Translations under genes and position numbers: made by a program
Shown: piece by piece, positions 16,888 to 26,597 of the stretch
Position numbering within the stretch: position 1 is the first letter of the stretch
Layout of the letters: every line of letters starts with the position of its first letter
NCBI GenBank assembly: GCA_024275415.1
Contig: JAJRZD010000031.1
Span: 1-32,000, forward strand
Reading direction: 5' to 3'
Source: an archaeon
Lineage (GTDB): Archaea > Asgardarchaeota > Thorarchaeia > Thorarchaeales > Thorarchaeaceae
DNA: 32,000 nt
The notes under the pieces: model-generated
Told to the model about the DNA's origin: nothing
Seen by the model: only the letters and a program-made list of their open reading frames with translations
The model's database searches: none

Positions 16888-18234
16888 ATGACAGATGAAG
16901 AACTTACTCCTGACACTGCATTATCCATGGCAAAGAATGAGCCTGAACCAATGCGATGGCTATATGTCTTCGTCATAGGACTTGGATTCTTTACAACAGG
17001 AGTCAGCTGGAGTGTGTACAACAGCTTCCTGCCTGCTGATTTCCTGCCATTGTTCATCCAAGGCGACCTTCAGAACACGATTATTGGAATCATAATGGTG
17101 CTTGATAATGTTCTTGCATTATTACTGCAGCCATACATCGGTGCCCGTTCTGACCGCCAGCGCTCGAAGCTCGGTCGAAGGATGCCGTACATTCTCATTG
17201 GCACTCCCGCCGCAGCTGTCTTCTTCGCGTTGATCGCACTTGGTTGGGCTGCCTTCAACTTTTGGTTGATGTTCCTATTTATCACTATATTCAACGTGTC
17301 AATGGCATACTATAGGGCTCCAGTGGTTGCACTTATGCCTGATGTTGTCCCCTCTGAGCATCGTAGCAAAGCCAATGGTGTGATCAATCTCATGGGAGGA
17401 ATTGGAGCCATCTACGCCTTCGCTATTGCTTCCCAAATATACAAGATCAAAGACCCCGGCCTAGCAGCATTATTTGCCACCACGACCACTAGGATCGGAC
17501 CTATCCTTGCTTTCCTGACCACCTCTATCATTATGGTTGTCGCAACCATCATCCTTTTCGTCGTGATCAAGGAACCCGAGGTGCCTCCTGTTGATCCTGA
17601 TAAGCCAGAGGAGGTTGGCATAATCGATGCAATACGACAGGTTTCTTTCAGCTCTGATAAGAGTGCCATCGCCCTGTTGCTAGCCATACTCTCGTGGTTC
17701 TTTGGCTACAACGCCATCGAAACGTGGTATACAAAGTATGGTAGTGAGGTTCTTGGTTTCGCCACGGCTGATTCTGCTTTCCAACTAACCGCATTTGCAT
17801 TATCCTTCGTGGTATTTGCAATTCCTGCAGGGTTGATTGCTGGTAAAATAGGGCGCAAAAAGACTATCATGGTGGGACTTGTCATAATGATTACTGGGAT
17901 CGCTCTCCTTATCGTTGTGATAGATTATTATCTCATGATGGTGATCCTAATCATCGCCGGTTTGGGTTGGAGCTTAACAAACGTTAATTCAATCGTCATG
18001 CTGTGGGAACAATTTGGAAAGGCGCGATTGGGGGCTGGAACTGGTCTTTACTATCTATTCAGCATGGGCGCAGCGATTTTTGGACCGGTCATCTCAGGTG
18101 TCATCTTCGACCTCACGACAATCGAGATTCTGTTTCCGCTCTCGATTACTTTTCTGATAATAGCACTCATTTTCATGTTGATGGTGCGGACTGGCGAAGT
18201 TGGAGATGAGGTAATCTCTGAATATGCATCATAG
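16888..18234 (+). CDS. MFS transporter (SLC45/sugar-H+ symporter-like)
   Basis: GARSDRQRSKLGRRMPY, ALMPDVVPSE, GLIAGKIGRKK motifs; 12 TM; ATG at 16888 after SD GAGGAG. Confidence 0.9.
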   Translation: MTDEELTPDTALSMAKNEPEPMRWLYVFVIGLGFFTTGVSWSVYNSFLPADFLPLFIQGDLQNTIIGIIMVLDNVLALLLQPYIGARSDRQRSKLGRRMPYILIGTPAAAVFFALIALGWAAFNFWLMFLFITIFNVSMAYYRAPVVALMPDVVPSEHRSKANGVINLMGGIGAIYAFAIASQIYKIKDPGLAALFATTTTRIGPILAFLTTSIIMVVATIILFVVIKEPEVPPVDPDKPEEVGIIDAIRQVSFSSDKSAIALLLAILSWFFGYNAIETWYTKYGSEVLGFATADSAFQLTAFALSFVVFAIPAGLIAGKIGRKKTIMVGLVIMITGIALLIVVIDYYLMMVILIIAGLGWSLTNVNSIVMLWEQFGKARLGAGTGLYYLFSMGAAIFGPVISGVIFDLTTIEILFPLSITFLIIALIFMLMVRTGEVGDEVISEYAS

Positions 18235-18237
18235 TCC

Positions 18238-18261
18238 ATGAAGGGGATCTATCCCCTTCAT
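18238..18261. terminator. Perfect 11-bp inverted repeat between convergent MFS genes
   Basis: ATGAAGGGGAT-CT-ATCCCCTTCAT. Confidence 0.65.
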
Positions 18262-18307
18262 CTTTGTCTTTAGGACTTGACAATTTTGCACATGTGCGAG
18301 CATGTAG

Positions 18308-19462
18308 TTAGGTACAACCTTCTCCAAGTGCAGAATCGTCCTCCATGACCACTTCAACCTGTTTCGGTTCGATGAGAGCACACTCCACATTTCGATTGGT
18401 GATGCTGAATATCAGAAATGAGAGAAACGCCATAAAAGCTGCAAAGAAGATGACCGTGTAATAGTTTCCACCAAGGGTAAATATGATTGCTGCGTAGATT
18501 GGTCCAACCACTCCCGATATCGCTAGCATGGACTGCAACAACCCCGAAGCGGTTGCTCGTTCTGTATTCCTTTCCGTGACGTATTTCAGAGCACCAACGT
18601 AGAGGCAAGCCCATGCAAAGCCAAGCAGAACCTGTGCAGTGAATATCTCTATGATGTTCTGTGCCATCCCAATCCAGACGAAAGTCATCGAGGATGCCAC
18701 AAGACCTGTTGCGACTAACTTCGAGCAATCGAATCTATCGGTAAGGCCAAGCATGAAGATGACCTGGGCCAATGAGTTGGTTGCTTGAACCAGTCCGATA
18801 ATGCCCAAATCGCCACCGAGGTTTGAAAGGATCAACGGCCAGTAAGTCCAGACTGCAAAAGCGCTACTGTGACGGATAAGGACTGCAAGGTATACAGGAT
18901 AGTTCCTCTTGAAGGTTTCAATAGGAAAGAGTGGGACTTTGATCGAGTGTACTTCTATCTTTGGCAGAGTAAAAGCACTGGCAAACGCAAACAGAAAGAA
19001 GAGTGCTGAAAACAGAAATGCGTAATATATGTTGAATCCTGCGGCATATCCTGCCAGTACTGTGCCAAATCCCCATCCGAGCGCCCCGAAGGAGGCAAAC
19101 CTCCCCATCTTCATTTTGGACTCGTAGGCAAAAGCTGCAAGCGCACCGGGATATATCCCGATGCAAAAGCCATTCAGCACTCGGACGATGAACAATATCT
19201 CTAGCGTACTTGAGAGTACAATCAATCCAAAACTCAGTGTCGATAGCAGAATGCCAATGCGGAGGATGATGCGTCGTCCATAGATGTCCCCAGCTCTGCC
19301 GAAGATATAGCTTGAGAAGAAGGATGCGGTAGCATAAGCAGAAACCATGAACGCGATGTAGAGGTCATCTGCTCCCAGATGATCTCTTGCAAGTATCGGG
19401 ATATACGTGATTGCAGAGAGTATCGCTGCACCTGCCATCATCTGTATTATTTCTGTTCTCAC
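18308..19462 (-). CDS. MFS transporter
   Basis: Motif A GRAGDIYGRR; 12 TM organisation; GTG start. Confidence 0.9.
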   Translation of the reverse strand: MRTEIIQMMAGAAILSAITYIPILARDHLGADDLYIAFMVSAYATASFFSSYIFGRAGDIYGRRIILRIGILLSTLSFGLIVLSSTLEILFIVRVLNGFCIGIYPGALAAFAYESKMKMGRFASFGALGWGFGTVLAGYAAGFNIYYAFLFSALFFLFAFASAFTLPKIEVHSIKVPLFPIETFKRNYPVYLAVLIRHSSAFAVWTYWPLILSNLGGDLGIIGLVQATNSLAQVIFMLGLTDRFDCSKLVATGLVASSMTFVWIGMAQNIIEIFTAQVLLGFAWACLYVGALKYVTERNTERATASGLLQSMLAISGVVGPIYAAIIFTLGGNYYTVIFFAAFMAFLSFLIFSITNRNVECALIEPKQVEVVMEDDSALGEGCT

Positions 19463-19595
19463 CTTCGTCTCCCACTCTTTCGTGAGTCACACATTCATAT
19501 TAAGCGTCTGATTGGGACAATGCCTGAAGTACATGTGGCAAACCTTTTTTCCCTTCAAAGGATAATAGAGATAGAGTGCGTTCGAGGAATAGAAA

Positions 19596-19976
19596 ATGGT
19601 TTCGCCAAGGGTCAAGTTCATCGCTATCACTGTGGACGAATTGGTATTAGTGCCACTTGCCATCGTATTTGTCTACTATTTTTTGCCAGATTTCTTCCTG
19701 GCAAGTATTGTGTTCGGGTTTGTCGGCTCAGTTATCTTTGTGGCAATCAAGTATTATCTTGTCTATCCTCAGCTGATAGACTCGTCTTATGCTTATTATG
19801 GCCTCAAGGGATTGCTTGGGATTGTGAACGAAACAGTCACAGCTCAGTCTGGGAAGATCAAGGTCGGTCAGGAAATCTGGGATGCACGTTGTGATTCTGG
19901 TGAGATTGCACCCGGCACAAGGGTCAAGATAGTCGCACGTGAGAGCATGCAGGTCAAGGTCATCCCAGAGGAATGA
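19596..19976 (+). CDS. Short NfeD-family protein (TM segments plus OB-fold)
   Basis: G.V.E......GKIKVGQEIWDA......I..GTRVKIVARE.....V pattern. Confidence 0.85.
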   Translation: MVSPRVKFIAITVDELVLVPLAIVFVYYFLPDFFLASIVFGFVGSVIFVAIKYYLVYPQLIDSSYAYYGLKGLLGIVNETVTAQSGKIKVGQEIWDARCDSGEIAPGTRVKIVARESMQVKVIPEE

Positions 19977-21026
19977 TCATTTCCCCTCAGACATAAGGAA
20001 CTGAAATACAAGCTCCACTGTTTTTTGCACATCAGACGGATCGATGCACTCGAAACTGCTGTGTGTGTATCTGCAGGGCACACCGACAGTCGAAACAGGC
20101 TGTCCTTGTGAGGCAATTGGAAAACCATCCGTGGCGTAGTTATGATACACTGCGCGCTGGATAGGAATGCCCTTCTCTTCTGCGACCTTGAATAATTGCT
20201 TGTTGATCTTATGCGAGTACACCAGTTGGTTGTCCTTAACAACTATAACAGGCCCCTTGCCTAATCCGACTGAAGCCTCACCACGAGTCCCAGGATAGTC
20301 GTCTGCAAGTCCTACCTCCAGAACAATCACACCATCCACATCGAGGTGTTTGGCAACTGCTGCGACACCTTTTGCGCCAATCTCCTCCATCACTGTCGAA
20401 ACAAGTGTCACACTGGGCCTGCGTTCCTTGTCAACCTTTGAGAGCCTTTCAGCAATTACAATCACCATTGCTAGGCCAACTCTGTCGTCAAATGACTTGC
20501 CCATCAGGTAATTGCCTACTCTCTTCACGGAAGTTGCATAGACCACTGGTGTTCCAATGTGAATCCCTGCACTCTCCACCTCTTCTGACGACCGAAGCCC
20601 GACATCTATGAAGACCTCATCCCATCTGGGGATGCTTGCCTTTCTCTTTGTTCCCGCAATATGAGCAGTTTGGACGCAGAAGCATCCTGGTAGCATCCCT
20701 GACTCGGTCATCAGGAGTATCCGTTGTCCCGGAAGTAGTCTGAGATCTGGCATGTGTCCTTGTGTGCTCCACTTTGCCTTTAGGAAGCCATTCTCATCGA
20801 TGTTGCTCACAAAGAAACCGACCTCATCTGCGTGTGCCACTAGCGCATAATGTTTTCCTGTGCCATCGATTGTCGCAACAAGATTACCTATCTTGTCTGA
20901 GGTGACAGCATCACAGGATTTTACAAGGTGATCCCTCACAAATTCTTGGACCAACTCCTCTCTTCCCACAGGCCCGTGGATACCACTTAGTTCTTCCAGA
21001 AGGTCAAACACTTTCTCGGACAACAT
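19977..21026 (-). CDS. M42-family (TET-like) metallopeptidase
   Basis: AHADEVG, KSFDDRVG, MEEIG, RYTHS metal ligands. Confidence 0.9.
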   Translation of the reverse strand: MLSEKVFDLLEELSGIHGPVGREELVQEFVRDHLVKSCDAVTSDKIGNLVATIDGTGKHYALVAHADEVGFFVSNIDENGFLKAKWSTQGHMPDLRLLPGQRILLMTESGMLPGCFCVQTAHIAGTKRKASIPRWDEVFIDVGLRSSEEVESAGIHIGTPVVYATSVKRVGNYLMGKSFDDRVGLAMVIVIAERLSKVDKERRPSVTLVSTVMEEIGAKGVAAVAKHLDVDGVIVLEVGLADDYPGTRGEASVGLGKGPVIVVKDNQLVYSHKINKQLFKVAEEKGIPIQRAVYHNYATDGFPIASQGQPVSTVGVPCRYTHSSFECIDPSDVQKTVELVFQFLMSEGK

Positions 21027-21038
21027 CAGACTCTCCCT

Positions 21039-21446
21039 TTACGACTCGACTTGGATGTTAAAAACTTGAGTTTCTGCATGATTGATTAGGGGAGCGTCAT
21101 CATAGGCTGTTATGAAGAACTTGACCGCATCCCCTTGTTCCAATGGCCCAAAGTTTGCTATCCAGCGTCCTCCAGCAGAGCAGAAACATGTGTAGAAGGT
21201 CATGTCCTTCACCTGCCACTCTTGACCATTTAGAGAGTAGCTCAGGCTAACGCTTGAGATTCCAGACGGATCCACACAATAGACAGTCACGCTGATTCTA
21301 TCTCCCACAACAGGTTTTTGCGGTGACACATTGACCTCGTATATTCTTGGCCCTTCTACATCATCAAATAGATCTATGACGATTATACCTGAAAGCATCA
21401 GGATGACCATCGTTCCAATTCCGATGAGTTTGGTCTGGTTTCTCAA
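21039..21446 (-). CDS. Membrane-anchored/secreted beta-sandwich protein of unknown function
   Basis: N-terminal hydrophobic helix after MRNQTK, then D..GP.I..V and Ig-like strands with a TCFC motif. Start placed at TTG 21446 because the longer 222-aa call overlaps the opposite-strand gene. Confidence 0.65.
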   Translation of the reverse strand: MRNQTKLIGIGTMVILMLSGIIVIDLFDDVEGPRIYEVNVSPQKPVVGDRISVTVYCVDPSGISSVSLSYSLNGQEWQVKDMTFYTCFCSAGGRWIANFGPLEQGDAVKFFITAYDDAPLINHAETQVFNIQVES

Positions 21447-21599
21447 ATCTCGTCCATCCCATAGATTTTCGGTTGAAGAACTAATTTCAAGAGGTATGTT
21501 ATTTAGTCTTTCTCGAAAGTTGGCTGTACCCCAGATGTGTTGTGGAGAGAATACGACACGATTACCTGAGAATATATTGGTGAAAGCCATTGTATTTGT

Positions 21600-22055
21600 A
21601 TGGCAATCATGGACACACTCCTTGGACTTGTGATGGGGCTCATCATAGCATTCTTCGTCTATATGGCAATGAAGGCAAGGCTCCGACATCGAATCGCTCA
21701 GGTCCAAGCGGAGTTCGAAAAGACATGGCTTGAGCAGGAATCAAGTATTCGAAAGGATGCTGCAAGCAGAAGCAGGAGTGTACTGAAGGGCAAGATTGCA
21801 GAGCATATGATTCCCATGATACCAGCGGTCTTTCATTATGAACCAGCAGATGCACGGTTCATTGGAGCCCCCATCGATTACATCATATTTGATGGCTATA
21901 CTCGGTTGAAGGACGACAAGGTCGATGAACCAATTACGATTGTGCTTGCGGACATAAAGACAGGGAATGCTCGGCTCAATCGGACTGAAAGAAAGATAAA
22001 GGAAGCAGTCGAAGCAGGGCGTGTCAAGTGGGAAACCATTCGAATTGATTTCTAA
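21600..22055 (+). CDS. Holliday-junction-resolvase-like PD-(D/E)xK endonuclease with N-terminal TM anchor (COG4741-like)
   Basis: SRSVLKGKIAEH..P, DARFIGAPIDYIIF, LADIKTG. Confidence 0.85.
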   Translation: MAIMDTLLGLVMGLIIAFFVYMAMKARLRHRIAQVQAEFEKTWLEQESSIRKDAASRSRSVLKGKIAEHMIPMIPAVFHYEPADARFIGAPIDYIIFDGYTRLKDDKVDEPITIVLADIKTGNARLNRTERKIKEAVEAGRVKWETIRIDF

Positions 22056-22071
22056 CAGGCAGCTATGATGT

Positions 22072-22527
22072 CTATAGCCTCGTGGCAATCATAATGCCGA
22101 ACTCTCGCGCCTTGTCCTCTTCCCCTTCCGCGAGAGGGCCCTTTCTTCCGTCAACCTTGGCTGAGAAACCAGCACCTACGAGGTCTATCCCTTCAAATTT
22201 CTCTTTTATTATCTGACCGAGCTTCCCCAGTGCAACTCCCTTGTTGCCTCCGGTATAGGTATCGAACACGCCTCCTACCTTGCCTTTCACATGGACGATT
22301 GCTGCGCGTTCCAAGAACCTGCTCATATTCAGGGCTGGGGCCTGATTATGGTTCGGACATCCGAAAATAATGGCGTCATAATCACAGATCTCATCGGTGT
22401 GGATTTCACCTGTCTTGACGACACGGCATTCAACATCCCCTCTTTGTCGTATTCCTTCTGCAATGGCATCGGCGACCTTTTTCGTGTTCCCATACAAACT
22501 CTCATAGATGATGATTGCGCTTTTCAT
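22072..22527 (-). CDS. Flavodoxin-family protein
   Basis: IIYESLYGNTKKVA FMN loop, FGCPNH, GVFDTY. Confidence 0.9.
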   Translation of the reverse strand: MKSAIIIYESLYGNTKKVADAIAEGIRQRGDVECRVVKTGEIHTDEICDYDAIIFGCPNHNQAPALNMSRFLERAAIVHVKGKVGGVFDTYTGGNKGVALGKLGQIIKEKFEGIDLVGAGFSAKVDGRKGPLAEGEEDKAREFGIMIATRL

Positions 22528-22662
22528 GTTCCTTCACTCAATCCCCATGTGACATGTGCTTTATGTGCATTACGACATCTCGCTACTTGATTTGTCTTAC
22601 TAAACTACAAAAGATGATTTCATCATGTTTGCACTTGGCTGAAAGTCCGTCAAGGTGAGCCT

Positions 22663-23556
22663 ATGAACGAGAGCTCTGAACAGAACTGCGAACAATTGCT
22701 GCGGCGCGGAGAACGGTTTTTGGCCTTCGGAGAAACCGATGCTGCCAAGGATGAATTCACAAAGGCATTGAATCTGAACGAAGACAATGCGAAGGCATGG
22801 TATCTCTTAGGGTTGGCACATCGGGACAGCAAGAACCCAGAACAAGCCAGAAAATGTCTGAAGGAAGCGATAGCTTCTGATCCTGAATGGCTAGAACCTC
22901 TTGCTGTCCTTGGAACCCTTGAGTTCTCTCTGGGCAATGATCGCCAGGCAGTGAAGACCCTCAAGCAGTACTTGGCTCTTGGTGGTTCAGATATTGACAC
23001 ATTGATGACCTTAGCACGCGCCGCATTCGAGGTCGATGATTGCAGGATCGTGCTCAAGGCTACTTCGAAGATCATAGAACAACAAGATGAATTGTCGCAG
23101 GTCTGGGTCATGCGTGGGCTGTGTCAAGCAAAGCTTAAGCGGTTCAATGCCGCTTGCACAAGTTTGAATGTCGCAGTTGAGTTGCATCCTGGCTTTGTGA
23201 GTGCCCTCAACACTGTGGGCGACCTGTCTTTCAAGGCAGGGAACTATCCCGTCGCCATAGAACTGTACACTTCGAGCCTGCAACAGGGTGCAGACCAACC
23301 TGATGTATTGTTCCGGTTGGGCGCTTCTTACTGGTTTGTTGGTGACTGGGCAGAGGCCATTCATCCCTTCGAAAAGTATGTGAAGCTGGTTCCTGATGAT
23401 CCTAAAGGATGGAACAATCTAGGGGTTGTGCTCAGAGAAAAGGGCGAAGTGAAGAGGGCAATGGAGTGCTACACGAAGGCCCTCGCATTGGATGAGTCCC
23501 TCGAAGTGGTTCGAAAGAACATGGACACTGCGAAAGACATGGAATTACTGATATAG
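22663..23556 (+). CDS. TPR-repeat protein
   Basis: Repeated 34-aa units (AWYLLG, ALNTVG, VLFRLG, GWNNLG...KALALD). Confidence 0.9.
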   Translation: MNESSEQNCEQLLRRGERFLAFGETDAAKDEFTKALNLNEDNAKAWYLLGLAHRDSKNPEQARKCLKEAIASDPEWLEPLAVLGTLEFSLGNDRQAVKTLKQYLALGGSDIDTLMTLARAAFEVDDCRIVLKATSKIIEQQDELSQVWVMRGLCQAKLKRFNAACTSLNVAVELHPGFVSALNTVGDLSFKAGNYPVAIELYTSSLQQGADQPDVLFRLGASYWFVGDWAEAIHPFEKYVKLVPDDPKGWNNLGVVLREKGEVKRAMECYTKALALDESLEVVRKNMDTAKDMELLI

Positions 23557-23649
23557 GCACAGCTGTCAACCTTCTCATGCACACAACACTTCAATGACAC
23601 GATTGTTATATAGCGGTCTTCTGGCTGTACTATACTAAGGTGCGATTAA

Positions 23650-24039
23650 ATGAATAGAGAAACATACCATAAACAGATGTTCATGGTTGCTGCATTATGG
23701 AACTGGGCCCTTGCAGTGACATTCCTCGTCTTACCACGAATTGACATCGCCTATTTCAGCCTTGCCGGAGATACGATTCCTCCAACTCTCCTGTGGTTTG
23801 ATAGCTTCATGGGGCTCGTCTTTGCCTTTGGCATAGGATTTTATCTTGTCAGCCTTGACATGAAAACCAATCATGGGCTAATCATGATAGCATCTTTTGA
23901 GAAGGTCTGGGTGTTTATCGTAGGATTCTCGTACTTCTTGCTTGCTGAAGCGTCAATCTTGGTGGCACTGATCGTGTTTGGTGACCTTATCTTCGGCTTG
24001 CTCTTCATGGAGGATCTTCGGGCAATCCGAAAGGCATGA
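23650..24039 (+). CDS. Small 4-TM membrane protein of unknown function
   Basis: 129 aa, four hydrophobic helices, ATG after a putative promoter. Confidence 0.75.
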   Translation: MNRETYHKQMFMVAALWNWALAVTFLVLPRIDIAYFSLAGDTIPPTLLWFDSFMGLVFAFGIGFYLVSLDMKTNHGLIMIASFEKVWVFIVGFSYFLLAEASILVALIVFGDLIFGLLFMEDLRAIRKA

Positions 24040-24044
24040 TCCAA

Positions 24045-25160
24045 TCAATTCCCGTACCTCTCGACGAGCTCCTCAAACCTATCAAAAGGGATAGCCCATT
24101 TTCCGAGTTCACTATCAAACAGATTGAACACTTCTCGATACTTTGACTCCACTCTGTCAGGAAGATGGAATTGGAAAAAGTACGATTCCATCTGCGGTCG
24201 AATTGCATTGAAACCTTCCATAAACTGTTTCAAGTCCGAGGTGGTGAAACCCATCCGCAGACAGAAGCTTTGGGGGTCTTCTGCCAATATAATGCCCGGG
24301 AATGGAAGATTCTGGAATCTTTGAAGGATGCCTCCAATCTTTGATCTCATCCTCATGAAGATAGAGACCCAAACGAGGTCTCCCGAGAATCCGTATGCCC
24401 TGGTGTATCCCCTGATCACGCCTCTTGTTCTCAGCCGTTGTATCCGGTCTCTGACCGTTGCCAGAGGAAGTTTTGTGATGCCTGCAAGGCTTGTCATTGA
24501 AGCATCTGGACTGTCCTTCAGGATCCTCAGGATAAGGATGTCTTTCGAGTCGTACTCTATGACTTCCTTCATACTACTAATCTCAAAAGGTAGCTTTTGG
24601 TCTTTTTCGCTCAGTGACATCAATTCCTCTTTCCAGACATCCCAGTTACATGACCATCCCTTTGTAGGATTGTACAGGTTGAAGTCAATTCTTTTTGAAT
24701 GATGGCTTGCAATATCAAAGAAGAAGTATTGATTGATCAGTCCATGTTTCTGCATCTTCTTTGCCAGCATCTCTATCCTGTCAGGCATGACAATATCATA
24801 TGCAGTGTGAACCAGATAACCATCATATCTGCCATGTGTCGGCACATACCAGTGGAAAATTGGGATTTCTCGAATGACACTCTCAAGAGTTCGAGTCCTC
24901 TCTGGTATCTCTTGGAACAAGAGGATTCCCTCACCTAGCCCCACCTTTCGTTCATCTGTTTCAAGGAACGACGGGAGCAGAATTCCCCTTTCCATCAAGG
25001 TTGAAAGGCGGTATCTTATCGTTCTTGCAGGAATGCGTTTTTCCTTCATCGTGTTTGCGATATAGTCGCTCAGTTCTTGAGCTGAAGCATTCCCTCCAAG
25101 CCTTTCAAGTGCAGTCAGTATCTTCTGGTCATCAGACCATCTCTTCATTCGCGAGAACAC
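24045..25160 (-). CDS. Lrp/AsnC-like regulator with two winged-HTH modules
   Basis: N-terminal HTH (ARTIRYRLSTLMERGIL) and second HTH (DILILRILKDSPDASMTSLAGITKLPLATVRDRIQRLRTRGVI). Confidence 0.8.
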   Translation of the reverse strand: MFSRMKRWSDDQKILTALERLGGNASAQELSDYIANTMKEKRIPARTIRYRLSTLMERGILLPSFLETDERKVGLGEGILLFQEIPERTRTLESVIREIPIFHWYVPTHGRYDGYLVHTAYDIVMPDRIEMLAKKMQKHGLINQYFFFDIASHHSKRIDFNLYNPTKGWSCNWDVWKEELMSLSEKDQKLPFEISSMKEVIEYDSKDILILRILKDSPDASMTSLAGITKLPLATVRDRIQRLRTRGVIRGYTRAYGFSGDLVWVSIFMRMRSKIGGILQRFQNLPFPGIILAEDPQSFCLRMGFTTSDLKQFMEGFNAIRPQMESYFFQFHLPDRVESKYREVFNLFDSELGKWAIPFDRFEELVERYGN

Positions 25161-25222
25161 ATCCCATGCTTGCGGTCGTCAGATATTTTATAAGAAACTT
25201 CCCACCTAGAAGACACAACGAA

Positions 25223-25250
25223 CGGCAAATTTTAAACAGTAAAATTGCCG
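25223..25250. promoter_or_regulatory. Inverted repeat overlapping a TATA box between two divergent regulators
   Basis: CGGCAAATTTTA-AACAG-TAAAATTGCCG; contains TTTTAAA. Confidence 0.5.
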
Positions 25251-25270
25251 ATTATTAATGAGGTATTTGA

Positions 25271-25555
25271 ATGAGTCTATCAGGATTGCCAATGAGTGCC
25301 TTGATAGTTCTGAATGAACTTGCTACAAAGGGCCCCATGACCCCCAAGCAGCTCAGGAACGAAGTCACCTTGTCCCCTCGATCCGTTTCTGATGCACTCA
25401 GACGGTTGACTGATAAGTCGCTGTGCAAAAGAATCCCAAACTTGCAAGATATGCGTCAGCCCATCTATAGCGTGAACATGCATGTTATCCGGGAACTCAA
25501 TGTGAGCTTCGAGCAGATACGCACCCTTGCTCAAATCTACATGAAAGTCGCATAG
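25271..25555 (+). CDS. Small MarR-like winged-helix regulator
   Basis: GPMTPKQL...LSPRSVSDALRRL...PNLQDMRQPIY; SD GAGGT. Confidence 0.85.
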   Translation: MSLSGLPMSALIVLNELATKGPMTPKQLRNEVTLSPRSVSDALRRLTDKSLCKRIPNLQDMRQPIYSVNMHVIRELNVSFEQIRTLAQIYMKVA

Positions 25556-25666
25556 GTCGGTCACACGAATCACCAACTGCATCTCTGCCAACCATAATGG
25601 CTGACGCGATGACGACCTCTTATCCCAAACAGAAGGGCGTCGCTTTATTCGTGATGTCCCAGATAA

Positions 25667-26497
25667 TTAGAATGGGGCATCAAACTCAACTTGGACTGCC
25701 TCAATTCTTTCTCCAGACACCCTCGGAGATAGGCTCCCCATGTTATTCTCGTTGGCAAGCATCAGATGTCGGACTCTTGTGACATCGAGCCCCATTACTT
25801 TTGTGACTATCGTATCGACAGAAACAGGATTCTTTCCGACAATGAATGCCCCGATGGGCCTGGTTTTTGGGCCATTCCATCCTTCAACACCAACTCTCGC
25901 ATCGACGATACAGAGGTCTGAAGGGACAATCCGATTCAGGTCTACCAGAATCTCGTCTATCTTGGCGTGGTAAGACGCTTTTCCCTTATTCGGGAGCAGA
26001 CCAAATTGATTCTTGAAGGACGCAGTAAGGAATGCGGTTTCGTGAGTCTTGGCGATTGCTAGCGAGATGTAATAATGTGGCTCGGTCAGGATCTCATGGA
26101 GTTTGATGGTGTCAAAGTACATACCATTGACTGCCACAGGCACCAGAGGCTCGTTGCTCAGGTCGACTATATCTACATCGAAACCTTGTTTCCGTTTTTC
26201 ATCTTTTAGACTAGTGTAGCCAAACTTCTCGAACGATTCCATCGCGTTCTTGCTTTGGCTATCGGATTCGATGATCCGTATTGAGGCATCAGGGAAGGTT
26301 TCGAAGAACAGATCTACTACAGCTTCGACCAGTCTGATATCGGTCACTGAGTGCCCTGTTCCATCTGAGATGGTACAAATGTTCGGTTTGATAAGGATGG
26401 GAGCATCAGTTTTCTCAAGACCTCCAATGTGCTCCAGTCCCATTCGGACAGATTCCCTTATCGAGTCTTGGAACCTGACGAGTGCTACCTTTTCCAC
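25667..26497 (-). CDS. DUF362-domain protein
   Basis: ILIKPNIC, ISLAIAKTH, FKNQFG, GKNPVSVD motifs. Confidence 0.9.
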   Translation of the reverse strand: MEKVALVRFQDSIRESVRMGLEHIGGLEKTDAPILIKPNICTISDGTGHSVTDIRLVEAVVDLFFETFPDASIRIIESDSQSKNAMESFEKFGYTSLKDEKRKQGFDVDIVDLSNEPLVPVAVNGMYFDTIKLHEILTEPHYYISLAIAKTHETAFLTASFKNQFGLLPNKGKASYHAKIDEILVDLNRIVPSDLCIVDARVGVEGWNGPKTRPIGAFIVGKNPVSVDTIVTKVMGLDVTRVRHLMLANENNMGSLSPRVSGERIEAVQVEFDAPF

Positions 26498-26597
26498 TAA
26501 GTGAACCTCTCCCCCTATGAATTATGAATGTCCTTAAAAATTCCCTTCATAATGTTTTATTAGTGTTCCCTCATTTGGTTTTCCCGGATTTGCTAGC

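Noticed and set aside
21447-21707. N-terminal extension of the 222-aa ORF at 21039..21707
   Set aside because: It overlaps the opposite-strand endonuclease gene and its promoter. The signal/TM helix begins right after TTG 21446.
25597-25782. Small ORF or structured element between the MarR-like and DUF362 genes
   Set aside because: The ORF overlaps the DUF362 3' end and has no SD. The pairing (GCGATG/CGTCGC) is short and within chance expectation.
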